From: an uncultured Candidatus Saccharibacteria bacterium
GTDB taxonomy: Bacteria > Patescibacteriota > Minisyncoccia > UBA6257 > JAKLIH01
Length of the DNA: 64,000 nt
Assembly (NCBI GenBank): GCA_964475745.1
Contig: CAYYXO010000002.1
Coordinates: forward strand, 11,679-75,678
Direction of reading: 5' to 3'
Part shown: in pieces, positions 11,344 through 27,178 of the stretch
Layout: every line of letters begins with the position of its first letter
Numbering within the stretch: the stretch's first letter is position 1
Program-made: the position numbers and the translations under genes
Notes under the pieces: model-generated
Seen by the model: only the letters and a program-made list of their open reading frames with translations
The model's database searches: none
What the model was told of the DNA's origin: nothing

Positions 11344-12750
11344 GTGAAGCTTTGGTTAATTTTGCTTTTATTTTTCTTAGTGATTTATTTTAAAAAAGAG
11401 TTGTTTTTATTAATCGGTTTTAATTTTAAAACTTTTGGGATAGTCTGTGCGATGGCGCTAATAAGCGCTGTTTTTGTTTACAGATTAAACTATCAAGCTG
11501 TACCAGAAGAAGCTTTAAAGGAAGCAAAAGATATTAAGATACTGATTATAAGAGATGGTGTTTTGATACAAGATTATAAAGTTGTTTTAGGGAAAATTAT
11601 TAATCAAGGTGAATTAGAAGGTCAATATGTTTTTATAAAATTTGATCTTTTAGAAGATTATAAGATAGGCCAAATTGTTTTACTTAAAACTGGTTTAAAA
11701 AAAATAACCAAAACATCTTTACCCTTTGACATGTTGTTTTCCGGAAGAGTTCTTTATCAGGTTGATTTTGAAGAAATGACTGTCTTGGGTCAAGAAAATC
11801 AATTTAATTTGTTTCAAAAAATAGCCAACTTAAGAGACAAGGTTGATCAAAAAATTAAACAAGTTTTTCATTTAAAAAATTATGAGCTGGTTTCGGCTTG
11901 ACTGCTAGGTAAAACAAAGGTTGTTGATTATGAATTAAATGATTTATTTAGAAGAGCTGGTATAAATCATATATTGGTTATTTCTGGAACCCATTTGTCT
12001 ATTTTATTCAATGTTTTTTTATTTTTGCTTATTTTGATGCCTTTTGGATTTGCTTGGTTAAATTTTGTGCTATTGATATTTTTTCTTTTAGTTTTTTTGC
12101 TTTTAACAGGCATGTCGGCCTCTATTTTAAGAGCTTCTATTATGTGGTTTTTAATTTTATTGGCAAAAACCAAAGGTCTAATTATAAATTATACAAATAT
12201 ATTGTTTTTATTGGTTTTAGTGGTGGCCTTGATAAATTCATGAGTGATTGTTTATGATGTTGGGTTCCATTTGAGCTTGCTGTCAATTGTTTCCTTGGTT
12301 TATATTTTCCCCATTATTCTATTTTATTTTGAAAAGGCAATGCTAATTAAAGGCAAGTTGGTTAAATATTTTGGTTTTGTTTTTTTAGCTTCATTGGCGA
12401 TATCAATCGGGCTTTTTCCTTATTTGGTTTTTGTTTTTAAAGAGTTTAATTTTTTGAGCATGTTTTTTAATGTATTACTAATGCCTTTAGCGGCTATAGC
12501 TTTAATCTTAGTATTTGTGACGCTATTAGTCTCTTTCTCATGGTTGTTTTTAGGGCAAATACTTGGCTTTTTTTCAGCTATAGCAATAGATCTTTTTATG
12601 TGGTGTTTGACGTTTCTGGGTGATTTTGGCTTGAGAGGCAATGTTTTAATGTTTAATTTAAACTATATGGTTTTGATTTATTATCTTGGCTTGTTTGTTT
12701 TGGTCGTTGATTTTTATAAAAAACATAAAAAATTAACTTTAAATTTATAA
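11344..12750 (+). CDS. comEC: competence protein ComEC/Rec2, membrane channel part (about 468 aa, 2 in-frame TGA)
   Basis: Polytopic membrane protein with the GINHILVISGTHLSILF competence-domain motif. It ends at TAA 12748, one nucleotide before the next ATG. Confidence 0.75.
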
Positions 12751-12751
12751 T

Positions 12752-13606
12752 ATGATAGAAAAAGATTTTTTGAAAAAAGGCTTGGTTTTTATTTTGATAG
12801 TTTTGAATGTTTATGTTTGAAGCTTGGTGGCTAATTTTTTGTTTTTTAAAAGAAGCGTTAATTTTTTAGATGTTGGCCAAGGAGATAGTGCCTTGCTTGT
12901 TTTTAAATCTGGCAATATTCTAATAGATGCAGGGAAAAGAAATTATGTTTTAAAGCCATTAGCAAAAACATTGCCTTTTTTTGACAAGACAATTGACTTG
13001 GCTATAATTACTCATGCAGATACAGATCATTTCGAAGGACTTTATTTCATTTTAGATAATTATAATGTGCGACTGGTAATGATAAACGACTTTCATACAA
13101 AATCTGAAAGCTATAAAAAACTTTTAAATAAAATAGCAGAAAAAAACATTAAGGTGGTTTATGGTGTTTTTGGTGCAAAAGTTTTAGGGGAAGATTTTAA
13201 TATTGAAGTCTTGTTTCCACAAAAAGAAGAAATTGACATTAAAAAAACTAACGAAAATTCAATTGTAGCGAATGTTTTTGCTTTAAAAAATAACTTTTTA
13301 TTTACTGGCGATATAAATGATAAAATTTTAGAAAAAATTTTAAAAAGGAATGTGCACTTAGAAGTTGATTTTTTGAAATTGCCTCATCATGGTGCTAAAA
13401 ATTCTCTGAATAAAAAGATTTTAGAATACTTTAACTTTAAGAAAGTGATTGTTTCTGTTGGCAAAAATAGCTATGGCCATCCCAACAAAGAGATCATCGA
13501 AATGATAGATTTTTTTAATAGAGGGGTTTTGAGAACAGACGAATTAGGCACAATTAGATTTTCTGAGTCAAAAGAGGGCAAAAACAGTGTTTTTATTGGC
13601 AATTAG
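12752..13606 (+). CDS. ComEC C-terminal-like metallo-beta-lactamase domain protein (about 284 aa), encoded as a separate ORF
   Basis: FLDVGQGDSALL, HADTDH and LPHHGAKNS match the MBL-fold signatures of the ComEC C-terminal domain. It is in a different frame from 11344..12750 and has its own ATG at 12752. Confidence 0.7.
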
Positions 13607-13674
13607 GCTATTTTGGCTATTGTATTTTTTCGTTTTTTTTGATAAAATATAAGTATAAAAATAATTATTGTTTT

Positions 13675-14754
<1,080 letters not shown>

Positions 14755-14774
14755 TAACTAATTAAAATTATTTT

Positions 14775-16844
14775 ATGCTTTATTCATATAATCTGTTACA
14801 AAGTTTTATAAAACAAAAATTGGTTAGCCCTAGCCAGCTAAATGATGCTTTTAATATTCATTTGGGCGATTCTTCTTATGAAAAAAATTCAACGGACTAT
14901 GTTTTTAATATAGAATTGACGCCAAATAGAATCGGCTCTTTGTCGGGGCATAGATTTTTGGCAGATGAAGTCTGTGCTATGTTTGATTTTGATTTAAATA
15001 AAAAAGAAACTTTTAAAATAAAAAAAGTTCCTCAAAGTAAGCAGTTTTTATTTAAATTAAAAAATGATGCAAAAAAATCTTGTACCTATTATTCTAGTTT
15101 GATATTAACAGATATAAAAATTAAAGAATCGCCAAGGTTTATTAAAGACGCTTTATCAAGCTGTGGTATTAAGTCAATAAACAATGTCGTTGATATCACT
15201 AATTATGTTATGCTGGAGCTAGGCCAGCCAATGCATGCTTTTGATTATGAAAAAGTTATTGGAAATAAAATAATAATTCGACATGCTTTTTTTGACGAAC
15301 AAATTGTTAGTTTGACGGGCGAGGTATATGATTTAAATAAAGATATTTTGGTGATTGCTGATACAAAAAGACCGATGGCTATTGCTGGAATTAAAGGAGG
15401 CTTAAATCATGAAGTAGATGATCAAACAAAAACTATCGCTCTAGAGAGTGCTAATTTTAATGCTAATGAAGTTTATCGATCATCAAAATCTTTAGGATTG
15501 ACAACAGATGCTTCAGTGAGGTTTAGCCATAACCCTTCTTTAAGCTTAGCAAAAGAAGCCATGATAAGGGCAGCTGAGTTGCTAGTTAAATATGCTAATG
15601 CAACTATTGCAAGCAATGTTTTGGAAACAAATGATTTTACTGACAAGGCTTTGATAGTTCCTTTTAATTTGGAAAAGGCAAATAAAATTATAGGAGAAGA
15701 AATTAAAGAAAAACAATATAAAAAAATATTAGAAAAATTAGGCTATAAAATTAAAAAAATATCACAAATATTATGAAATGTTTCAGTGCCAAGTTATCGC
15801 ACCAATGTTGTGGCATTAGAAGATGTGGTTGATGATATTGTGAGAATTTATGGCTTGAACAATGTTAAAGCTATCACTCCTAAGATAGAGCTAAGAGCAC
15901 CAAAAATCAATGAATTTTATTTATTTAAAAACCAAATAAAAGATTATATGGTCTCTATGGGTTTGTCAGAACTTTATAATTACAATTTTATTAGCGAAGC
16001 GGATAAGGAAGTTTTGCCTAAGCAAGTTAAAGAAAAAATCATCCCTCTTTTAAATGCTATGAGCAACAACTTGAAATATTTAAACCCAACATCTTTAATT
16101 TCATTAGTTAAAAATGTAAATACAAACTTGTCTTACTTTGAAAAAGAAAAGTTTTTTGAAATAAAGAAAAGTTTTTGACAGGAAAAAGATGTTATTTTCG
16201 AAAAACCTTTCTTAAGCTTTTGTTTGTTTGATTCAACTAAAAAGCAAAAGGAAGAAGATATGCTGTTAGAAGCAAAAGGAATGTTAGAAACTTTGTTTGA
16301 AAAAAGTGGCATTGATAGTTCCTCGTATTATTTTTCAGATAAATTAGAAAGAGATTTTCAGGAAAACAATCAATTTTTCAAAAAGATTTTATTTGTTTGT
16401 GACAAGAAAAATGAGAAAATTGGTTATTTTGGCATTCTTGATGATGAAATAAAGTTAAAATATAAAATAAAAAATGATCAAAAAAATGTTTTAGCGGTGT
16501 TATCCGAACTAGATTTAGAAAAATTATTCTACATGGCAAGAAGTGCTATTGACTTTAGACCACTACCAAAATATCCAGCGTCAATAAAAGACATCTCTGT
16601 TTTAGTTGATAAAAAAGTTCTAATTAATGATGTCATGATGAATATGTTTTCCATTGGCATAGATCAACTAAAAGATGTCGATGTTTTTGATATTTATGAT
16701 AAAGGAGAAAATGATGCTAAAAAAAGTTTGTCTTTTCATTTGATTTTTAGAAGTGATGAAAAAACATTGACTAGCTGCGAGATAGACCTATACGTAGAAA
16801 AAATAAAAAAACACTTAATAAAACAAGGTTATATTATAAGATAA
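14775..16844 (+). CDS. pheT: phenylalanine-tRNA ligase beta subunit (about 689 aa, 2 in-frame TGA)
   Basis: B3/4 and B5 domains are present (MHAFDYEK.. GIKGG). The C-terminal FDX-ACB-like segment reads ISVLVD...SLSFHLIFRS. It sits directly after pheS and the three ORF-track segments are in one frame. Confidence 0.8.
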
Positions 16845-16853
16845 GTTTTTAAT

Positions 16854-18995
16854 ATGAAAATAAAAATAAATAAGGTTTCTAGCAAGGTAGATAAAAAAGA
16901 AGAAAAAGCTATAAAAACTAATTTAACTAAAAAAGAAGGAAAGCCAAAAAAAGAAGTGGTTTTAAAAAATGAGGAAGCTAAAGACAATGGCTATACAGCT
17001 GAAAGTATTCATGTGCTTGAAGGCTTAGACCCGGTAAGAAGAAGGCCAGGCATGTATATTGGTTCAACTGGTATTTCTGGTTTGCACCATTTGGTTTGAG
17101 AAGTTTTTGACAATGCCATTGATGAAGCTTTGGGTGGTTTTTGTGATAATATAAAAATTGAATTATTAGAAAATAATCGCGTTAGTATTTTTGATAATGG
17201 TAGAGGTATTCCAGTTGATGTTCATAAACAAACAAAAAAATCCGCTTTAGAAACTGTTTTGACGGTTTTGCATGCTGGTGGTAAATTTGGTGGAGGATCT
17301 TATAAAATTTCTGGCGGTTTGCACGGTGTGGGTGTGTCAGTGGTAAATGCTTTGTCTAGCTACTTAAAAGCAGAAGTATACCGAGAAGGTTTTATTTATT
17401 GCCAAGAATATAGCTGTGGCAAGCCGTTAACAGAGGTCAAAAAGACTCAAACAAAAGAAAAAATAATGCATGGCACTCGGATTACTTTTGAGCCAGATGC
17501 AACCATTATGCAAGAAATAAATGTAGATTGAAAAACCATTTTAGATCATGTTAGGGAGCAAGCTTATTTGGTTAGAAAAATAAAAATAGATATTTCGGAT
17601 AAAAGAGACCCTGAAAATCAAAATGACTATGTTTTTTATTTTGAAAATGGTATTGTTGCCTTTCTAAGTTATTTGATAAAAGACCACAATACAAGGTCAA
17701 TACAGAAAAATATCTTTTTTACTGAAGAGACTTCCAATGAAATAGAAGTTGAGATTGCTTTGAGCTATACCACAGAGATTGAAACTTCCGAGTTTGCTTT
17801 TGCCAATAATATTCATACTCCAGAAGGAGGCATGCATTTAACCGGCTTTAGAGCCGCCTTAACAAGAGTTTTAAATGATTATTTAAAAAAGAACTATCCA
17901 AAAGAAAATTTATCACTAACAGGAGAAGATGTAAGGGAAGGCTTGATGGCAATTATTGCTGTAAAATTAAAAGAGCCTCAGTTTGAAGGTCAAACAAAGT
18001 CAAAACTTGGCAATCCAGAAGCAAGAGCTGCTGTTGAGCAAGTTATGTCAAAAGCATTTAGAGATTATTTAGAAAAGAACCCAGATGATGTAAAAAGAAT
18101 TTTAGAAAAATGTTTAGTTTCAGCTAAGGCAAGATCTGCTGCAAAGCTAGCAAGAGAAAATGTTTTGAGGAAAAGTGTTATGGAAAACACCACTTTGCCA
18201 GGAAAATTAGCTGATTGTATTAGTCGTAAAGCAGAAAATTCTGAATTGTTCATTGTTGAGGGCGATAGCGCTGGCGGCTCGGCCAAACAAGGAAGAGACC
18301 GTCATACTCAAGCCATTTTGCCTTTGCGAGGAAAAATTTTAAATGTTGAAAAGGCTAGATTAGATAGAATGATGACTTCAGAAGAAATTAAAGCGGTTAT
18401 TTTAGCTTTGGGAACTTCAATTGCAGAAGATTTTAATTTGAGCAAATTGCGTTATCATAAAGTTGTTTTGATGACTGATGCTGATGTAGACGGTGCTCAT
18501 ATTAGAACATTGCTTTTAACATTGTTTTATAGATATTTCTTAGGAGTAGTAGAAGGTGGATTCTTGTATGTTGCTCAGCCACCTTTGTATCGTATTCAAA
18601 GAGGTAAAGATTTCAGATATGCTTATACTGAAGGAGAGAAAGAAAAAATGATAGATGAGCTATTAAAGATAAAAGAGGCTAAAAAAGAAGCAGGAGCTAA
18701 AAAAGAAGAAAAAAATGAAGAAGAATCTCCAGAAGAAGTAGCAGAAGAAGTTTCAGACGAAATGAAAAAATACAAGGGATTAATAATCCAAAGATATAAA
18801 GGTTTGGGAGAAATGAACCCAGAGCAATTATGAGAAACAACTATGGATCCTAAAACAAGAATATTAAAAAAGATTACTATTGATGATGCTAAAGAAGCAG
18901 ACCGTTTATTTGACATTTTGATGGGAGAGGAAAGAATGCCTCGTAAAAAGTTTATCCAAGTGCATGCTAAAAAAGTTAAAAACTTAGATGTATAA
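16854..18995 (+). CDS. gyrB: DNA gyrase subunit B (about 713 aa, 3 in-frame TGA)
   Basis: [19 protein letters not shown] in the GHKL ATPase domain, the Toprim segment [15 protein letters not shown], and the C-terminal [20 protein letters not shown], where TGA sits on the invariant Trp. No gyrA follows. Confidence 0.92.
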
Positions 18996-19007
18996 TAAAA
19001 TTGTTTT

Positions 19008-19292
19008 ATGATAGATAAAAAAGGAACAGAACATTTATTAGAGCTTTCTAGATTAGAAATATCAGAAAGCGAAAAAAAAGATCTTCAAAATGACTTGAAG
19101 TTGATTTTAGAATATATCGACCAGCTTGAAGAGGTTGATGTTACTGGAGTTGAGCCAATGACAGGAGGCACTTTTAACATTAATGAATACAGAAAAGAAG
19201 ATTTCAAAGAAAATGATTTCGAAAAAGATCCTTTACTTTCATCAGCACCAAAACAAAGCGATGATTATTTTGAGATAAAAAATATTTTTTAA
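19008..19292 (+). CDS. gatC: Asp/Glu-tRNA amidotransferase subunit C
   Basis: 94-aa acidic protein with LSRLEISESEK...VEPM, typical of GatC, and positioned immediately before gatA. Confidence 0.7.
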   Translation: MIDKKGTEHLLELSRLEISESEKKDLQNDLKLILEYIDQLEEVDVTGVEPMTGGTFNINEYRKEDFKENDFEKDPLLSSAPKQSDDYFEIKNIF

Positions 19293-19300
19293 TAAAAACT

Positions 19301-20725
19301 ATGATAGAAGAAATACAATTAAAAATAAAAGATGGTAGCTTAACTGTTGAAAATCATATCAACCATTATTTGTCTAAAATAAAAGAGCAAAATAAAGAAA
19401 TAAATTCTTTTTTGGAAGTTTTTAGCGATTTTTCAGGAGATATAAATGCAAGTGAAATAAACATAAAAAATGCTAAGGCAAGAAAACTAGATGCCGTAGC
19501 TATTGCTATAAAGGATAATATTTTGATAAAAGGCAAGAAAGCAACCGCGGGCTCTTTAATGCTAAAAGATTATCAAGCAACTTATGATGCCACTATAATA
19601 AAAAAGATAAAAGAAGAGGGTGGTATTGTTATAGGCAAGACAAATTTAGATGAGTTTGCGATGGGGTCTTCAAATGAAACTTCTGCCTTTGGAGTAGTAA
19701 AAAATCCAAGAGATTTGTCAAAAGTTCCAGGAGGTTCTTCAGGTGGATCAGCTGCTGCTGTATCAGCTGGTATGTCAGATGTTGCTTTAGGATCTGATAC
19801 AGCTGGTTCTATAAGGCAGCCTGCTAGCTTTTGTGGCGTGGTTGGCTTTAAACCAAGCTATGGAGCAGTTTCAAGATTTGGTTTAATAGCTATGTGTTCA
19901 TCTTTGGATGTTATTGGTCCAATTGCTAAAAATGTTTCTGATTGTGAAAAAGTTTTTGAAGTAATTTCTGGTAAAGACCAATATGATCACACAACCATAG
20001 AAGTAGAAGCTTACGAAAAAGAATGACAAGAAGAAGATTTAAAAGGATTGACCATTGGAGTGCCTAATGAATATTTTGTAGCAGGAATTGAAGAAGAGGT
20101 GGAGTTAAAAGTTAAAGAGCTAGTTATGAAATTGCAGTCATTAGGAGCAAAGATAAAAAATATTTCTTTACCACATACAAAATATGCGTTGCCTTGTTAT
20201 TATATTATTATGCCTGCTGAGGTTAGTTCTAATTTAGCTAGATATGATAATATAAGATACGGCACAAAAATAAAAGACTTAGAATCTCTAAAAATTAATA
20301 ATTTGAAAGAATTATATTTTAAGACAAGGGGGGTAAACTTAGGAAGAGAAGTAAAACGAAGGATTTTATTAGGAGCTTATGTTTTGTCAAAAGGGTATTA
20401 TGATGATTATTATCTAAAAGCTCAGAAAGTAAGAGCTTTGATAAAACAGGATTTTGATAAAGCTTTTTCTGAAGTTGATTTAATTATTACCCCCACAAGC
20501 CCAAAGGTTGCTTTTGGTTTTGGTGAAAAAAATAAAGATCCAATTTCAATGTATCTATCAGATATCTTTACTGTACCAATGAATTTGGCAGGTATTCCAG
20601 CTATTAGTTTGCCATTAAAAGAAAATAAAAATAATTTACCTATTGGCGTTCAATTGGTGGCCAATTTTAAACAAGACAAAAAACTTTTAAAGATTTCTAA
20701 ATTAATAGAAAAAATAATAAACTAA
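19301..20725 (+). CDS. gatA: Asp/Glu-tRNA amidotransferase subunit A (about 474 aa, 1 in-frame TGA)
   Basis: Amidase signature GGSSGGSAAAVSAG. The 19301 and 20048 segments are in one frame across the TGA at 20027. Confidence 0.9.
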
Positions 20726-20726
20726 T

Positions 20727-21296
20727 ATGCCGGAAAATATTTTTGAGAACCTACTATCTTTTGCAGATTTACAAGAAGCAGCTAGAGAAGTTGTTCCTCT
20801 GCTTTTAAATGACTGAACTTTAGATTTGTTGTTTTACCTTCGAATTGCTGGGTTTGTTTTAGCAGTCATTTTTTTACTAGCAGCCTTGCTTTTTTACTTT
20901 AAAGTAAAAAAATTAAGAAAGCCAAAACCAGCTAAAATAGGGCTTAGCTCTCTTGATAAAGACTCGCTTTTAAACGAAAAAAATCTAAAAACTATTGAGA
21001 AAAAAATAGCAGATTATATTGCTTTTGATAATATTCTATATTGAAAGCTTGCTTTAGCAGAAGCAGATAGTTTGTTGGGTAAAGTTTTGGCAGAAATTGG
21101 TTTTAAGGGAAGTGATATCTATGAGAAATTGTGTAATGCCAAAAATCATATTGATATCGATTTAGAAGTGCTCAAAGATGCCCATATAAAAGTTTCGGAT
21201 ATCTTAGATGACAACAACTATCTTTTAACAAGAGGAGAGACGGAGCAATTAATAGCGATATATCATAAGGCAATTGAAGATTTGAAGAAACTATAA
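20727..21296 (+). CDS. hypothetical membrane protein (about 189 aa, 2 in-frame TGA)
   Basis: The ATG at 20727 is in frame with the 20826 and 21072 ORF segments across TGA. It has one TM helix and no recognised domain. Confidence 0.4.
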
Positions 21297-21299
21297 CAG

Positions 21300-21328
21300 T
21301 TGACAAGCATAACTTTTTATGCTATAAT
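21300..21328 (+). promoter_or_regulatory. consensus sigma70-like promoter TTGACA, 17 nt, TGcTATAAT
   Basis: Perfect -35 and -10 hexamers. A hairpin terminator lies only about 15-45 nt downstream (21345..21375). Confidence 0.55.
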
Positions 21329-21475
21329 ACGAGTAGATATAAAACCTATTATTCTGATAGGTTTTTTTGTTTTGAACCTTAAAAAATTTTTATCTGCCTT
21401 TGTTGGCAGTCAAAATATATATATGTTTATGTTTATTTTTTGTTTTTAATTTTAGAAAATAAAAAGGAGAAAAAA

Positions 21476-21925
21476 ATGTTTAAAAGTTTTTTGTTGGTCA
21501 TACTTGTTGCCTTGTTTTCCGTTTTTTCTTTGAAAGTTGAAAATACGATGGCGTATGAGATATTGCATCCTCAGGCCGTATCTCTGGACTCACCTAGAAT
21601 TAGTGCAAGTTTTAGGGTGGGTTATCAGCATGAGCATTTTTTTGTTTTTGATAACATTGCGCCTTTCGGAACTTACTTCAAAGTTGAAAAGTGTAAAGTT
21701 GATGGTGGTCTAGAGAATGCTACCGTGGAGATTTACAGAGTTCCTGATGGCAAGACAGCCGCAGAAGTTTTACCCACCTTTTCAAATGGTGGGGCAGAAC
21801 TTATAATGGTTATGCCAGAAGATGGGTACGATCTTTTGGCCAAAGGACAATATATAATTAAATTAATTGGGCCAAAATGTATGGCTCGAGTTAATTTAAT
21901 TTGGAACCCCAGGAGGGTTCCGTAG
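21476..21925 (+). CDS. hypothetical secreted protein (about 149 aa), foreign-looking
   Basis: It has a signal-peptide-like N-terminus and a strong SD (AAAAGGAG) 7 nt upstream. It contains no TGA, its only Trp is TGG, and it is locally GC-richer. Confidence 0.5.
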   Translation: MFKSFLLVILVALFSVFSLKVENTMAYEILHPQAVSLDSPRISASFRVGYQHEHFFVFDNIAPFGTYFKVEKCKVDGGLENATVEIYRVPDGKTAAEVLPTFSNGGAELIMVMPEDGYDLLAKGQYIIKLIGPKCMARVNLIWNPRRVP

Positions 21926-21937
21926 GGGGAAGGTAAT

Positions 21938-22129
21938 ATGAAAAATAAAGTCGAAATGGCCTCAAATATGGCGGCAACGCTCTTGTCGCTATATTTAGCA
22001 GTAATTTTTTTTCAAGGTATTGTTGTTGTGCAAAGAATTGAGATCACTTGGTTCTTTGCTTTTGTAGCAGGGATATTTTTTGGGAGAGCGTTAGCACTTT
22101 GTTTCAAAAAGGAGAAAAATAAAAAATAA
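21938..22129 (+). CDS. small hypothetical membrane protein (63 aa)
   Basis: Two predicted TM helices and TGG for Trp. A GC-rich hairpin terminator (22142..22180) follows. Confidence 0.3.
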   Translation: MKNKVEMASNMAATLLSLYLAVIFFQGIVVVQRIEITWFFAFVAGIFFGRALALCFKKEKNKK

Positions 22130-22249
22130 ATAAAAATACAAAGGAGGTGTAGCCTAGATGGAGGCCGCCTCCTTTTTTGTTATTTTAAGAGGGTTTAAGG
22201 GCTTTGTTTATAGCCTTGTTTTATCCACTATTTTTACACATTTAGGGGC

Positions 22250-22277
22250 TTGACTTTTGATTTAAATATGCTATAAT
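22250..22277 (+). promoter_or_regulatory. putative 23S/5S rRNA promoter TTGACT, 16 nt, TGcTATAAT
   Basis: Read directly from the sequence, about 250 nt upstream of the 23S 5' end. Confidence 0.45.
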
Positions 22278-22529
22278 ATAAAACAGTTAACTAATATTAA
22301 AAGTTCATATTCTTATGAATAAAAGAGATTCAAAAAACAGTTTAAAATTCAGGTGGTAAAAACACAGAGTTTTTCTTTGTGATTATACCGCTTGTCAAAA
22401 GCGGTTTTTTAATTCTCTAATAGTATTGGTTGATCTTTGAAAAAAGAATAAGGGTAAAATGTATTTTCATTGGAAAATTAAATAAAAAACTTAATTGAAG
22501 TTTCTTCAATGCTTTAATTAAGATGAGGA

Positions 22530-25590
<3,061 letters not shown>

Positions 25591-25637
25591 TATTAAAGTA
25601 TATATTTTATTCCTTATTCTTTTCAAAAAATTAAATT

Positions 25638-25746
25638 GGGCTGGTGATTAATTGTGATATGTCCCACTCGTTTCCATTTCGAACACGATAGTGAAAGTAT
25701 CATGACTCGATAATACTCGCAAGGGGAAAGTAGAGTTTGCCAGCCC
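25638..25746 (+). rRNA. rrf: 5S ribosomal RNA
   Basis: Helix I GGGCTGG/CCAGCCC and the conserved internal CCCACTCGTTTCCATTTCGAACACGATAGT. It sits directly after 23S. Confidence 0.8.
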
Positions 25747-25749
25747 TTA

Positions 25750-25796
25750 TATGTCGGCGGTCTTGGTTTTACCAAGACCGCCGGCTTTTTAATTAA
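25750..25796 (+). terminator. rho-independent terminator after 5S
   Basis: Long GC hairpin gccggcggtcttggt-ttta-ccaagaccgccggc followed by TTTTT. Confidence 0.7.
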
Positions 25797-25860
25797 AAAA
25801 CTTTTGCTTGTATTTTATTAAAAAATTTAGTATAATGTTTTTTAGTTAAGAAAAAATATT

Positions 25861-27177
25861 ATGTCAAAAAGATTTTTTAAACAAATAGTTGCTTCGTTTT
25901 TATCTTTGCTAGTTTTAGTTATAGTAGGATTTGGTTTTTCAAGATTATTTAAATCCAAGCCAGTTGTTTTTGATCCAAGAAAAGCAGAGATAGCTTCTTT
26001 AAATACTTTCCAATTTGAAAGTAACGCTTTTTGAATGACTCAAGGAGATCGTTATTTTGTTTATAGCCGAGTAACAAATCCAAATGATAATTGAGGAGCA
26101 AAGAGTTTTGACTTTGTTTTTGATTTTGTTCAGAGACAAGAAGAGCTAGAAAGATCCGTTAGAAAGATTTCTGGTAGAGACTATATTTTACCAAGACAGA
26201 CAAAATATATTTTAGCCTTTGTTGAAACTGCCAATCTTTCTTTTGACAGCATAAATTTTCAAGTCAATGACAGAAATGTTGACTGAGACAAACCTATGAG
26301 TGAAGAATTTTTAAACCCAAATTTATTTAGTATAACCAACATAAATCTAGCAACAGGTACAGGTCAAATTATTGCTCCAAGAGAACAAGAAAGCACTTTG
26401 TTTTATGAATTTAAAAAAGATTTAAAAATGGGAGACAAGAACGAAGATGTTTTTAATTTGCAATCTGTTTTAGCTCAAGATAGAGAAGTTTATCCAGAAG
26501 GGCAGATTCATGGAAGTTTTGATTTAGCAACTTACAAGGCAGTCATTAGATTTCAACATAAAAATGGCATCCATCCCCAAACAGGCATAGTGGATTATAA
26601 AACCAGAGAGATTTTAAACCAAATGTTTGGTGGGTCAAGAAGCGAAGCAATCCAAAGAGGCGGCTTTTCCTTTGATAGCAATTTACAATTTGGAGATGCT
26701 GGCTCTGAAGTAAGAGAATTACAAAGAGTTTTAGCACAAGATCCAACAGTTTATCCAGAAGCAAGAATTACCGGCAATTTTGACTATTTATTAAAGCGAG
26801 CTTTAGAGCGTTTTCAAGAAAAACATTCTTTGCGAATAACAGGCGAATTTGACACACCAACAAGAACAAAATTAAATTCAATTTTAACTTCTCAAGATGG
26901 TGCAGCTGAAATAGCTCCTGGCTTGACGGCAGAATTATCCTTTACAGTTTTTAATAATTCCAATACATCTTTTAGAGAAGTTGCTTTGGTTGGCTTTTTA
27001 TGTGATACTCAAAATAAAGTAGTTGCTGTTTCAAGAAATACTATTCAATTAATGTCTCAAAGGAACCAAAATGTTTCTTTTTCTTGAGTTCATAATCTAG
27101 GCGAAAATGTAAAAGTTTGTCCAAATGGGTTGCAAGCCTATACAAATGTTTTCGATGTCAATAATATTATAAGATAA
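25861..27177 (+). CDS. secreted/membrane-anchored protein with two peptidoglycan-binding (PG_binding_1-like) repeats (about 438 aa, several in-frame TGA)
   Basis: N-terminal TM segment and two repeats of LQxVLAQDxxVYPEgxIxGxFD...FQxK..(I/L)xxTG. The 25861 and 26296 segments are in one frame. Confidence 0.55.
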
Positions 27178-27178
27178 A

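Noticed and set aside
18065-18916. Minus-strand ORFs overlapping gyrB (18065..18286 and 18623..18916)
   Set aside because: They are antisense shadows of gyrB. The 18623 ORF is a Ser-rich, low-complexity reverse reading of the acidic linker.
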